Of a stretch of 45,275 bases of DNA, positions 27,804-36,110 are shown one piece after another. The stretch comes from a virus (Duplodnaviria > Caudoviricetes): IMG/VR virus record IMGVR_UViG_3300014656_006074, positions 1 to 45,275 of that record; one strand, 5' to 3'. The notes under the pieces were generated by a model. It worked only from the letters and a program-made list of their open reading frames with translations, did no database searches and was not told where the DNA came from. The first letter of the stretch is position 1. Every line of letters starts with the position of its first letter. Made by a program: the position numbers and the translations under genes.

Positions 27804-28857
27804 CGCTCTTCTCAACATCCGTAATTATAATTTCTATTCCTTTATTTGTTAAGCCAATAAACCTTGACATTACTTCAGCATATTTTTCTGGTTCAGGATC
27901 CTCACCTTTTAATTCTAATATTATTCTACCAACTCCACACCATTTTGGATCGTACTTTATATTACAATCAAGAAAATCATTTTCATAAGACCTCACTACA
28001 TCTTCTATTTTTGAGAATATAGAAGCATATTTCTTGTTCTCTAAATGAAGTTCAATTGTAGGACCGTTAAAACGATCCAAAAATTCATAATGAACATTAG
28101 CATCCCAAGTCTCTTTAATAATTTTTCTGTGGTTAGAAGCACTGTTTCCTATTAAAAATTCTTCGCTTTTATAAATATTTTTATATGCTGAAATAATCGA
28201 TTCAAATTCTTTACGAGCAACTCTTGGTTTACTTTTACTTTTTATCGAAAAACTCTCGGATGCTCCATAGACTACAAAACTGGGGACTAATATTAAACCC
28301 ACCTCTGAGTTTTCGTATTTTTTTATAGTAGTTAAACGTACATCTAAATCGCTATGGTCATTAACAAATCTAACAATTCTTATTAAATCATCCCTTGCTT
28401 CATCTATCGCAAGTATAACTCTTATGTTCCCAGCTCGCAGATTAGTTGCGCAGATACTCCATATTGTATCGAATTTCTTTTCATCACCGTCGGCAATTAT
28501 TTTAATTGTAGATGACAAAGCACCAGTCAGTTGATAATCTAACTCGTCAATTGTAAGTAATGATAATGCTGATACATAGTCAAATATTTGAGCTAATATT
28601 TCACGGCGCGATTCTTCATTTTTATAAAGCTTACATTCAACAACAATTGGCACTCCGTTTGAATCTATTAATAATATATCCAACTGACCAGCCGATAAAA
28701 GCCGAAATTCCTTTGTTACATAGCTTGCAGAATATTCATTTTCATGAATCAGTAAATTTGGTGATTGGCATAAATAATCTCTTAATTCTTCTTCTTTTGA
28801 ATAATTGCTTCCCGCTAAAATATTTAGTGATTGATTCTGTGAATGCAATATTGGCAT
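27763..28857 (-). CDS. Cassette 2: NucS/EndoMS-like PD-(D/E)XK nuclease-domain protein
   Basis: EEELRDYL...EF...GQLDILLID.NG.PIVVECKL...AQIFDY. RBS GGAG before MPILHS; the last codons read into attC2. Confidence 0.78.
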   Translation of the reverse strand: MPILHSQNQSLNILAGSNYSKEEELRDYLCQSPNLLIHENEYSASYVTKEFRLLSAGQLDILLIDSNGVPIVVECKLYKNEESRREILAQIFDYVSALSLLTIDELDYQLTGALSSTIKIIADGDEKKFDTIWSICATNLRAGNIRVILAIDEARDDLIRIVRFVNDHSDLDVRLTTIKKYENSEVGLILVPSFVVYGASESFSIKSKSKPRVARKEFESIISAYKNIYKSEEFLIGNSASNHRKIIKETWDANVHYEFLDRFNGPTIELHLENKKYASIFSKIEDVVRSYENDFLDCNIKYDPKWCGVGRIILELKGEDPEPEKYAEVMSRFIGLTNKGIEIIITDVEKSVITSRSRPTAETV

Positions 28858-28877
28858 ACATACTCCATTATTATGCG

Positions 28878-29101
28878 TTATAACGGCGTTGCCGCTAACC
28901 GGCAGCCCAGAACAGCAATGCCGTATTTGCAAACTACGCCAAAGTTTATGCAGACAATGATTATTTTTCAGAGCAATCATTGGCTGCTACAATTTAGTTT
29001 TTATCACTACTGCCGAACAGCAATGTTATTTATTTCACAAAACTTAAGAACAGCACCAAACCCCCATGAATAAAGGCGTCCGGTTGATTTGCTTGTTATA
29101 T
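28878..29101 (-). repeat. attC site 1 (224 bp)
   Basis: Minus strand: ATATAAC AAGCAAATCAACCGGACGCC ... CTGCCGGTTAGCGGCAACGCC GTTATAA. On the bottom strand TAACCGG pairs with CCGGTT(G)A, leaving an extrahelical G. Confidence 0.9.
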
Positions 29102-29108
29102 AGCATTT

Positions 29109-29840
29109 CTAAGCAGATGAATTATTATCACTTTTCCCTAATACTTTTTCTCTTAGTTGCTGGATAAAATTAGATCTTTCCTTTTTAATTTGTGGCACTA
29201 CATATATATCATACAAAACCGTTTTCAGTGTCTCAATAATCAAAGTGAGATTATTAGAATCCCATTTATCCCAAGATTGCTCATGAATTTTATCACTGGT
29301 CATTTGTTGAATATGTCCAAGAATATCAAATAATGCTGGATCAGAATCAGAATATTTTTTCTTAAGATTTTTAATTTTCTCATCATATTTATCACCGGAT
29401 ATCTTTTCAATAATTAGTAATTCATAAATAGATTTTCTCATGCATGCAGAAGCACCGGTTAGATAATTCATTTTCATACAACCATCAGCCTCTGAGATCA
29501 ATTCACGAAGAATCCGTGGGATTCTATCGTCTAGAGCGAAAAATGAAGTTGGAACGGAGTAGAATAGTTTAGAATCTATATCAATATTCGATTGAAAAGT
29601 ATAATTACTATAAGCTTTCAAATTACCATTACCGATGTCCTCAAAAGATAAATGCATTGACATTTTCTGACAAGATTTACATCTGACAAAATATACATGG
29701 CATTTTTTATCGTTAGACCAATCGAAAGCATTATAGCTATTTACTAGCTTATAGGTAACGTTATTTCTATTGCAGTAAGGGCAATTGAAAACATTTTCAT
29801 CAATAAAATATTTCTTATCTAAATGAGACATATCTGCCAT
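29109..29840 (-). CDS. Cassette 1: Zn-ribbon plus DUF4145 (HEPN-like) protein
   Basis: CPYC...CKSC; IP..LRELISEA..C.....TGASACMRKSIYEL...KI..L...SDKIH; RBS GAGGTG. Confidence 0.75.
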   Translation of the reverse strand: MADMSHLDKKYFIDENVFNCPYCNRNNVTYKLVNSYNAFDWSNDKKCHVYFVRCKSCQKMSMHLSFEDIGNGNLKAYSNYTFQSNIDIDSKLFYSVPTSFFALDDRIPRILRELISEADGCMKMNYLTGASACMRKSIYELLIIEKISGDKYDEKIKNLKKKYSDSDPALFDILGHIQQMTSDKIHEQSWDKWDSNNLTLIIETLKTVLYDIYVVPQIKKERSNFIQQLREKVLGKSDNNSSA

Positions 29841-29861
29841 TAGACACCTCTAAATTTTGCT

Positions 29862-29900
29862 ATATAACATATACTTATCAGGATTTTACTGTAACGTCCA
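29862..29900 (-). other. attI-like primary recombination site
   Basis: Minus strand TGATAAG-TATAT-G|TTATAT: L-like box, 5-bp spacer, core with crossover at 29868/29867. No attC arm upstream; an extra GTTACAG at 29895-29889. Confidence 0.65.
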
Positions 29901-30017
29901 ACGAAGATATTATTTTCCCTAAATCAATAAACAATCATATTGGATATATAGCCCTCATTTAAACTTAACTGAATACACATTTAAACACAAGAGCTTTTAT
30001 AGTTTGATCAAAAGTAC

Positions 30018-30065
30018 AATCCTAAAGATTTTTAGGATGACCTGAATTACTGCATACTATACATT
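30018..30065 (+). promoter_or_regulatory. Putative late promoter 2: palindromic activator site plus -10
   Basis: AATCCTAAAGATTTTTAGGAT identical to 14403-14423; TACATT at 30060-30065, the same offset as TATTAT in copy 1. Confidence 0.7.
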
Positions 30066-30178
30066 TCGAACGAAAACTTAATCACTCAATGGCGCACTTG
30101 AAATGTTCGGCGCAAAACTGAACGGTAGCTCTCAGGCAGGTGGGTGACTGCTAATAAAAACTAATAGAGGTGGAACGA

Positions 30179-30805
30179 ATGTCTTACTTAAAAAAATTGA
30201 AAGAGTTGATCGGAGATGAGGCTTTCAAAAAAGTGGAAGCTGATCTGAACGGGAAAGAACTCATTTTGAACGATGGGAACTACATCCCGAAGAAAACTTT
30301 TGATGACAAACTTGATGAGATTAAAACACTCACCAAGGAAAAAGAAACGCTTACCGGAGATCTCAAAACTTCGCAGGATGGTTTGAAGAAACTTGAAGAT
30401 GAAAAGAAATCCGGAAATCAAACCGTGGAGCAACAGATTGCGGATCTTAACAAAAAAATTGATGAGCAGAATAACAAGATCGCTCAAAAGGATAAGGAAC
30501 TGCAGCTGAAGAATCATGAATCTTTGCTGAAGGATTCACTTACGGGAGCAGGAGTTAAGAACCCTAAGAATCTGAAGCTTCTAATGAAAGAGTTCGATCT
30601 CGATAAACTCGAAGTTGACAAAGAAGGAAAAATTAAAGGCTTTGATGATTCTGTTAAAAAGCTTCAGGAAGATTATAAACCGTTGTTTGGTGAAGAACAA
30701 TTTAGCGGTAATCCTCCGGGACAAGGTAACGGAACAACAACTGAAGATATGAAAGAAATGTCAACAGAAGATTTTTACTCGAGTGAGGTATTCGGTAAAA
30801 AATAA
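30179..30805 (+). CDS. Capsid scaffolding protein (GP20-like)
   Basis: DGNYIPKKTFD, coiled coil, AGVKNPK...IKGFDD..K.L.EDYKPLF; RBS GAGGTGG. Confidence 0.88.
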   Translation: MSYLKKLKELIGDEAFKKVEADLNGKELILNDGNYIPKKTFDDKLDEIKTLTKEKETLTGDLKTSQDGLKKLEDEKKSGNQTVEQQIADLNKKIDEQNNKIAQKDKELQLKNHESLLKDSLTGAGVKNPKNLKLLMKEFDLDKLEVDKEGKIKGFDDSVKKLQEDYKPLFGEEQFSGNPPGQGNGTTTEDMKEMSTEDFYSSEVFGKK

Positions 30806-30836
30806 AGTTTTGCATTAATTGACTAATGGAGTAAAA

Positions 30837-31772
30837 ATGCCAACACTCAAAGAATTATCCGTATTGTTCGCAAAGAAGCAACCGAAGCAGGTAGAAAGCA
30901 TCACAGAGGATTCACCGATTCTTGATATGATACCTTTCGAGGAAGCTTCACATGAACTGTGGAACGTGTACGAAGATGCCACTGAAATCACCGGGGCAGG
31001 TTTTGTGGATCTGGACGCTCCGCTTCCTACAGTCGGTATGAAATCCGAACTGAAAAAAGTTGATCTCTCAATTATGGGTGGTATAGCTCAGGTTGAAGAG
31101 GATAAAGCCCAGATGTACGGCGGAGCAACACGTTATTTCGCCAAACAGGAAAAAGCGATACTCAGAAAATCCGGCATGACAGCCGAGTTCGCAATTCTGT
31201 ATAATATGATTAGAGCTCACGCTATCGCTAATGAAAATACAATTAACGCCGGTGGATCGAGTAATAAGAATCATTCTATTGTTGCGGTTAGGTTTATGCC
31301 GCAGGAAACGACCGGACTTTATTCACCAAAAGGTTTTAAGAATGGTGCAATGCTGGATGTTAAAGCAATTAACGGCGGCAATTTAATGAACATAAAAGTT
31401 TCCCGAAACGGACAAACTGTTGAAGTTCTTGGTTTCCAGATCCGTTACAAAGGGTACTTTGGTTTCCAGATTGCGAACAAAATTTCTATTTCAGTAATCG
31501 CGAATGTTGATCGTGTATCGACTACTAAAAAACTTCCTACAGCAACTCAAATTGATGATTTACTCGCAATGGTGAGAGCTAACAACAGCAGTACTTATCT
31601 TTTCTGTCATCCCAAAATTAAATCCGACTTAAAAGAAATCAGAGGTACACGAATCAGTATAACCTCACCAAATATTAATCAACCGATACTTCTTGAAAGA
31701 TGGGATAATATTCCAATTATTACATCTTACAACTTTCTGGATGGTACCGAACAAAACGTTTCATTTACATAA
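30837..31772 (+). CDS. Major capsid protein (HK97 fold, BPP-1-like)
   Basis: Follows the scaffold, ~311 aa, SPILDMIPFEEA...WDNIPIITS; RBS GGAG. Confidence 0.85.
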   Translation: MPTLKELSVLFAKKQPKQVESITEDSPILDMIPFEEASHELWNVYEDATEITGAGFVDLDAPLPTVGMKSELKKVDLSIMGGIAQVEEDKAQMYGGATRYFAKQEKAILRKSGMTAEFAILYNMIRAHAIANENTINAGGSSNKNHSIVAVRFMPQETTGLYSPKGFKNGAMLDVKAINGGNLMNIKVSRNGQTVEVLGFQIRYKGYFGFQIANKISISVIANVDRVSTTKKLPTATQIDDLLAMVRANNSSTYLFCHPKIKSDLKEIRGTRISITSPNINQPILLERWDNIPIITSYNFLDGTEQNVSFT

Positions 31773-31783
31773 GGAGGTAGTCA

Positions 31784-32197
31784 GTGGCTAATCAACTTAA
31801 CTATAATGGCATTATCCGCTCTGATGCGGATTATATGGCAAAAGCTCAGACATTACCTCAAAATGATACGGCTGATGGAAATGGAGGTTCATTCGAATAC
31901 GCCAACACTCAGGCTTCTTTAGAGGTAATTGTTATCGTAAATGAAGAGATCACATTGACGGATCTAAAATCATTAACGATCAAATTGCAGGATAGCGCGG
32001 ACAATTCTGCTTTTGCTGATTTACAAACTCTTTATACAAAAACAAGTTCCGGAGGAGATACTATCCCTGCGGATACGGAGCTCGGAAGATTTGTTTTGCC
32101 GACAACGACTAAAAGGTATGTAAAGGTTGTTTTAATTAGTGACGATGTAGCTATAGCTGGTAAGGTGGATATCTTCCCAACTTATCTGCCGAGATAA
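31784..32197 (+). CDS. Capsid cement/decoration protein (Bbp16-like)
   Basis: LTIKLQDSADNSAF...RYVKV...AGKVDIF jelly-roll pattern; RBS AAGGAGG, GTG start. Confidence 0.7.
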   Translation: MANQLNYNGIIRSDADYMAKAQTLPQNDTADGNGGSFEYANTQASLEVIVIVNEEITLTDLKSLTIKLQDSADNSAFADLQTLYTKTSSGGDTIPADTELGRFVLPTTTKRYVKVVLISDDVAIAGKVDIFPTYLPR

Positions 32198-32202
32198 CTA
32201 AT

Positions 32203-32228
32203 CGGGGATGAATAATCCCCGGTTTCTT
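32203..32228 (+). terminator. Intrinsic terminator after the capsid genes
   Basis: CGGGGAT-GAATA-ATCCCCG followed by GTTTCTT. Confidence 0.6.
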
Positions 32229-32243
32229 AAAGCGAGACGAAAG

Positions 32244-32786
32244 ATGCCGATTGCAAGCATAGATGAGATAAAAGAATTGATTCAGATTCCCACGGCTGAT
32301 ACATCACTGGATGCCTTGATAACTAAGCTGATTTCAATAGTTCAGGATTTCGTGATTCGGAGGATAAATAATTTCGCAGTCCCTTATGTATTTACTGAAA
32401 GTTATAATATTTCTTTTGTTTCTGCGGACAAATCAATTAACGATGAAAACAGTGGACTTGCTCAATTCGGACTTGCAGTTGGTAATGATATTCTTGTTCA
32501 AGGCAGTGTTCAAAACAATAAGGTATTTACAATTGCAACTATCAGCGAATCAAAGATCACAGTTAATGAAACCATAATTGATGAAGAAGCCGGAACTCGT
32601 GTCATCATTCAAAAGCTTGAATTTACAGAAGACATAAAACTTGCTGTTAGTGATTATATCCTGTACCGGCTGAATAAACATCGCACTAAAAAAAGTTACT
32701 CACTTGGGGACTATTCCGAATCAGGTTATAACAATTCCGAAATGCTCGAGGTGTTTTCATCATTCAGAAAATTGCAGTGGAGCTGA
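32244..32786 (+). CDS. Head-tail adaptor with an inserted beta domain
   Basis: IASIDEIKELIQI...D.LI..LI...DIKLAV...KSYSLGDYSES pattern; start moved to MPIAS. Confidence 0.72.
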   Translation: MPIASIDEIKELIQIPTADTSLDALITKLISIVQDFVIRRINNFAVPYVFTESYNISFVSADKSINDENSGLAQFGLAVGNDILVQGSVQNNKVFTIATISESKITVNETIIDEEAGTRVIIQKLEFTEDIKLAVSDYILYRLNKHRTKKSYSLGDYSESGYNNSEMLEVFSSFRKLQWS

Positions 32787-32787
32787 G

Positions 32788-33108
32788 ATGCCTGCACGTG
32801 ACAGTTTCATTCCAGGATATGAAATCAAACGACCTACAGTTTCTAATGAAGATGGAATATTAAAAGAAACCGATGTTGTGATAGCCTTAGTATCCGGAAG
32901 GATGAGACCGTTATCCGGTAACGAAATGATTAAAAATGAAAAGATGGGTTATACAACAACTCATAGATTCTATTGTGATGTTGTTGAAATTCAGCCCATG
33001 GATTCGATTTATGATTCGGTTAAAAATATATCTTATGCAATTAAGCTGATTGTTAATCCGATGGAAATGAATGAGTTCTTGCAAATTGAATGTGAATACA
33101 AGGAATAA
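32788..33108 (+). CDS. Head closure protein (SPP1 gp16-like)
   Basis: GRMRPLSGNE...THRFYC...I...D.I...Y.I..I.NPME.NEFLQIEC; start MPARDS. Confidence 0.8.
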   Translation: MPARDSFIPGYEIKRPTVSNEDGILKETDVVIALVSGRMRPLSGNEMIKNEKMGYTTTHRFYCDVVEIQPMDSIYDSVKNISYAIKLIVNPMEMNEFLQIECEYKE

Positions 33109-33110
33109 CG

Positions 33111-34046
33111 ATGAAGGTAAAAGAGTTTGTTACAAAGTTTTATGGATATGCTAAATTAAACGAAGAAAGTACCGGCGTTCCTGCTTTGATTACTTTAGCT
33201 CAGGCAGCGTTGGAATCCGGCTGGGGCAAACATATACCGGGAAATAATTTCTTTGGGATTAAGGATTCAGCCGCGGTTGATTATGGTGTGCAGAATAAAT
33301 CGACAAAAGAATTTGTTAACGGAAAAGAAATAAGCATCACTGCAAAATTTGAAACTTACCCATCTCCAAAGGAATGTTTTGAACATCACGCAAAATTATT
33401 AAAAAGAAATTTTCCAAAGGCTTTCAAATATAAGAATCCTCATTCGTTTATCTATTCAATTCAGAATGAACATTTCAGGAGTAACGGTACTGCAAAAGTG
33501 TATGCCACGGATCCGGAGTATGTCAGCAAGATTTCTTCCATTATTTCAATGATCGCAAAAGAATTACCGAAAGTGAAAGAGCTGAATGAAAGAGAACAAT
33601 TGAGAGTTTCTGATATACCTGAACCGAAGCCTTTGGAATTATTAAAATTTAACAGGAGTAATAGTATGAGCAAAATTACATTAATAACTCAAGGTGACGC
33701 TCCGAATGTCGAGTTAGGAATCGAGGAAGTGTTAGATATTGTTGACCTTGCTAAAGAAGTGAAAGAAGCGCATCAAATAATTATGGAAGATGGTAAAGTC
33801 ACTCCGGGTGATTTTATTGCTCATCCAAAAGAAACAATTATTGATGTGGCTAAAGCGGCTTTTAAAGTATGGGAAGGAAAAGAATTAATTCTCCCTCAAT
33901 TGGAGAGCATCGATCTTTCTGAATCAGATGAAATAATCAAAGCTGTAGTTGATAAACTCGGTGTAACAAATTCAAAAGCCAGAGAGATTATTGATCACTC
34001 TGTGAAAGGGGCATATCACATTTATGCGGCAATAAGAGCTTTCTAA
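33111..34046 (+). CDS. GH73 glucosaminidase (endolysin) with an in-frame C-terminal extension
   Basis: LAQAALESGWG...NNFFGIK...TKEF...YATDPEY; internal AGGAG-N7-ATG at 33666. Confidence 0.88.
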   Translation: MKVKEFVTKFYGYAKLNEESTGVPALITLAQAALESGWGKHIPGNNFFGIKDSAAVDYGVQNKSTKEFVNGKEISITAKFETYPSPKECFEHHAKLLKRNFPKAFKYKNPHSFIYSIQNEHFRSNGTAKVYATDPEYVSKISSIISMIAKELPKVKELNEREQLRVSDIPEPKPLELLKFNRSNSMSKITLITQGDAPNVELGIEEVLDIVDLAKEVKEAHQIIMEDGKVTPGDFIAHPKETIIDVAKAAFKVWEGKELILPQLESIDLSESDEIIKAVVDKLGVTNSKAREIIDHSVKGAYHIYAAIRAF

Positions 34047-34065
34047 ATTAGCTGGTGAGTTAAAA

Positions 34066-34290
34066 ATGATTAAGAAAATAATTCATTTCGTTTGGGATGG
34101 TCTTGATGGTAAAAAGAGACGCATTGCCGTGCTTGGAGGAAAAATAGGAGCTCTGGGAGTACTTACAAACTCTAAAACATTACAAGTGGTCGGTGGTGCG
34201 ATTGCGGTGTTATTTGGAAGCGCCGACTATGCTCAGGCTAGTGTGAAAAAAGTTCAACAGCTAAAGTCAAAAAAAGGATTTTTGAAATGA
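34066..34290 (+). CDS. Holin-like membrane protein
   Basis: LDGKK followed by two hydrophobic segments and a basic tail; next to the endolysin. Confidence 0.55.
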   Translation: MIKKIIHFVWDGLDGKKRRIAVLGGKIGALGVLTNSKTLQVVGGAIAVLFGSADYAQASVKKVQQLKSKKGFLK

Positions 34291-34550
34291 GTGACCAGGC
34301 GGTTCGAGAGTTAGAAAAACAGGGATTTCTTTTAATAAAAAAAGTTCACATTTGGCTGATAGTTCTATCCATTTTAATTGCAGGAATCACAAATGTGGCT
34401 ATTGCTTTTGAGGCAATCAAAGATCATGAAAGTCGGATAACTCTGCTTGAAGAAAACGGATCCAAGAGACATGATTTATTAAACGAGATCAAATACAATT
34501 TGAAAAACTATATGGAAGCAAACGGACAAAAATATATCGAGTTGAAGTGA
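34287..34550 (+). CDS. Single-TM coiled-coil protein (lysis accessory?)
   Basis: IWLIVLSILIAGITNVAIAF then DHESRITLLE. Confidence 0.55.
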   Translation: MSDQAVRELEKQGFLLIKKVHIWLIVLSILIAGITNVAIAFEAIKDHESRITLLEENGSKRHDLLNEIKYNLKNYMEANGQKYIELK

Positions 34551-34972
34551 TGGCAAAGAACAGATGGAACGATAAAGCAGTGCTCAGAAAAATCAGGCGA
34601 CACTATTCGGATAAAATGTTGTTGGCTTGTGAATTTCTGGAAGGCGATATGAAAGCGCGTGCAAGTGGTCAGTATGGAGATGATTTACGAGCAGTTGACG
34701 AAGGTGAATATATTGGAAGTTTTAACCACGAGGTTAAAACCAAAGGTACTGAAATTATTGGATCCGTTGCTAACAGTTCTGGTCATGGTCCTTATATCGA
34801 ATTCGGTACCGGTGAATTAGCGGAAAACGGTCAGGGAAGAAAAGGAGGCTGGTTTTTTCGTGACAAAAAAGGAAAACTCAGGTTTACTATTGGAATGAAA
34901 CCACGCCCGATTATGAGATCCGCTCTGATCGAATCTAAACGATTTTTACAACAAATATTTGATGTAAGATGA
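34547..34972 (+). CDS. HK97 gp10-like tail completion protein
   Basis: VDEG...S...PYIEFGTG...GMKPRPIMRSA. Confidence 0.85.
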   Translation: MMAKNRWNDKAVLRKIRRHYSDKMLLACEFLEGDMKARASGQYGDDLRAVDEGEYIGSFNHEVKTKGTEIIGSVANSSGHGPYIEFGTGELAENGQGRKGGWFFRDKKGKLRFTIGMKPRPIMRSALIESKRFLQQIFDVR

Positions 34973-35352
34973 ATCAGGAACTTCAATCTGCGATATACAA
35001 CATTGGAAAAAACATATCCGGGATGACTGGCGGATTCTGGTTTATAGAAGCTCCACAGAAATCTGAAAACTACGCTGTATTTAGTGCAATCACAGATGTG
35101 CAGCAGATTGATTCGATGGATGAATTCTCATTTGATCATTTCCAGATCAATTACTACAGCACTGATATGGTCACTTTACATGCAATGGCTTTGGATGGAA
35201 AAAACAGATTCGATAACAAGAAAGAGAGTTTTACCGGAGTATCAAATTATTGGGTTATTGATATAAACTATAAAAATGGAAGAGGCCCTGTAAAATTGAT
35301 CGATTTGTATCAAATAACTCAACAATACAAAATTCATATTCAGAAAAAGTAA
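34969..35352 (+). CDS. Tail terminator protein
   Basis: ELQSAIY...APQ....YAVF...FQINYYS; lies before the tube gene. Confidence 0.7.
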   Translation: MNQELQSAIYNIGKNISGMTGGFWFIEAPQKSENYAVFSAITDVQQIDSMDEFSFDHFQINYYSTDMVTLHAMALDGKNRFDNKKESFTGVSNYWVIDINYKNGRGPVKLIDLYQITQQYKIHIQKK

Positions 35353-35364
35353 GGAAATAAAATA

Positions 35365-35742
35365 ATGGCAAAAGCAGCTGGTATAGCAGTTAAATTAAAA
35401 ATTGGAGCCACACCTGTTGAGATTCCAATTTTCGATCCTGAATTAAATGAGAATGCGGACGAGTTGGATGTTAGTGACAATGCTTCCGGTGGATCCAGAG
35501 AATATTTGTCCGGTCTTATCTCCAGAGAGATCTCATTTGCACAATGGTTTCGTGATGATGCAACAAACACTCCGAACATCGGTGATACAGTTCCTGCTTT
35601 GTTGATTGCCGGGACAAAACAGTTTGATGGTGACTTTGTTGTGTTCAACAGAAAGTTCTCGGCAAAACGTGAAGAAGCTACACGTTGGGATTTCTCCGGG
35701 AAGTTTACCGGCGCAGTTACCTTTTCTGGAGCTGTTGGATAA
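35365..35742 (+). CDS. Tail tube (major tail) protein
   Basis: ADELDVSD..SGG.REYLSGL...WDFSGKFTG. Confidence 0.78.
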   Translation: MAKAAGIAVKLKIGATPVEIPIFDPELNENADELDVSDNASGGSREYLSGLISREISFAQWFRDDATNTPNIGDTVPALLIAGTKQFDGDFVVFNRKFSAKREEATRWDFSGKFTGAVTFSGAVG

Positions 35743-36110
35743 TGAAAAAACTAAATCGGAAGCATAAAGAAAGTATTCTATTCGGTCGAAAAGTGGTGCT
35801 GGCTCAAAGGGATTCCTACGATATTATGATGATGACAAACTTCGCAATGAAAAATCGTGGCAAACTAACGCCGGAAGTATTTTTATATGAAACTGCAAAA
35901 GTTGTTGAGACCGGGATGAAGTACAGTTATAAAATACTTCCATGGTATAGAGTCATCAAAAAATTATTACTGCGACGTATTCTTCGGGTTAATTATTTAC
36001 TTAAAAACCTTTCACAAGAAGAGCTTGTTGATCTTTCTACACAGGTTTATGAGTTGGAAGGAATTAATGTAAATGCTGATAAAAAAAAAGTGATGAAGAA
36101 GAAACAGTAG
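35742..36110 (+). CDS. Tail assembly chaperone (gpG-like)
   Basis: Between tube and tape measure; TAATG overlap; ends with an A9 slippery run. Confidence 0.75.
   Translation: MKKLNRKHKESILFGRKVVLAQRDSYDIMMMTNFAMKNRGKLTPEVFLYETAKVVETGMKYSYKILPWYRVIKKLLLRRILRVNYLLKNLSQEELVDLSTQVYELEGINVNADKKKVMKKKQ

Noticed and set aside
27588-28980. Long N-termini in the ORF track (27644 and 28980 starts) and + strand ORFs 27752-27988, 28560-28883, 28843-29073
   Set aside because: The extensions run through attC sequence and better starts exist at 27587 and 28857. The + ORFs are shadows of real genes or attC sites.
26241-29101. CRISPR array or REP/MITE explanation for the intergenic repeats
   Set aside because: The repeats are >200 bp, divergent in the middle and separated by whole genes, and their ends pair with cassette starts. 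No cas genes or target duplications.
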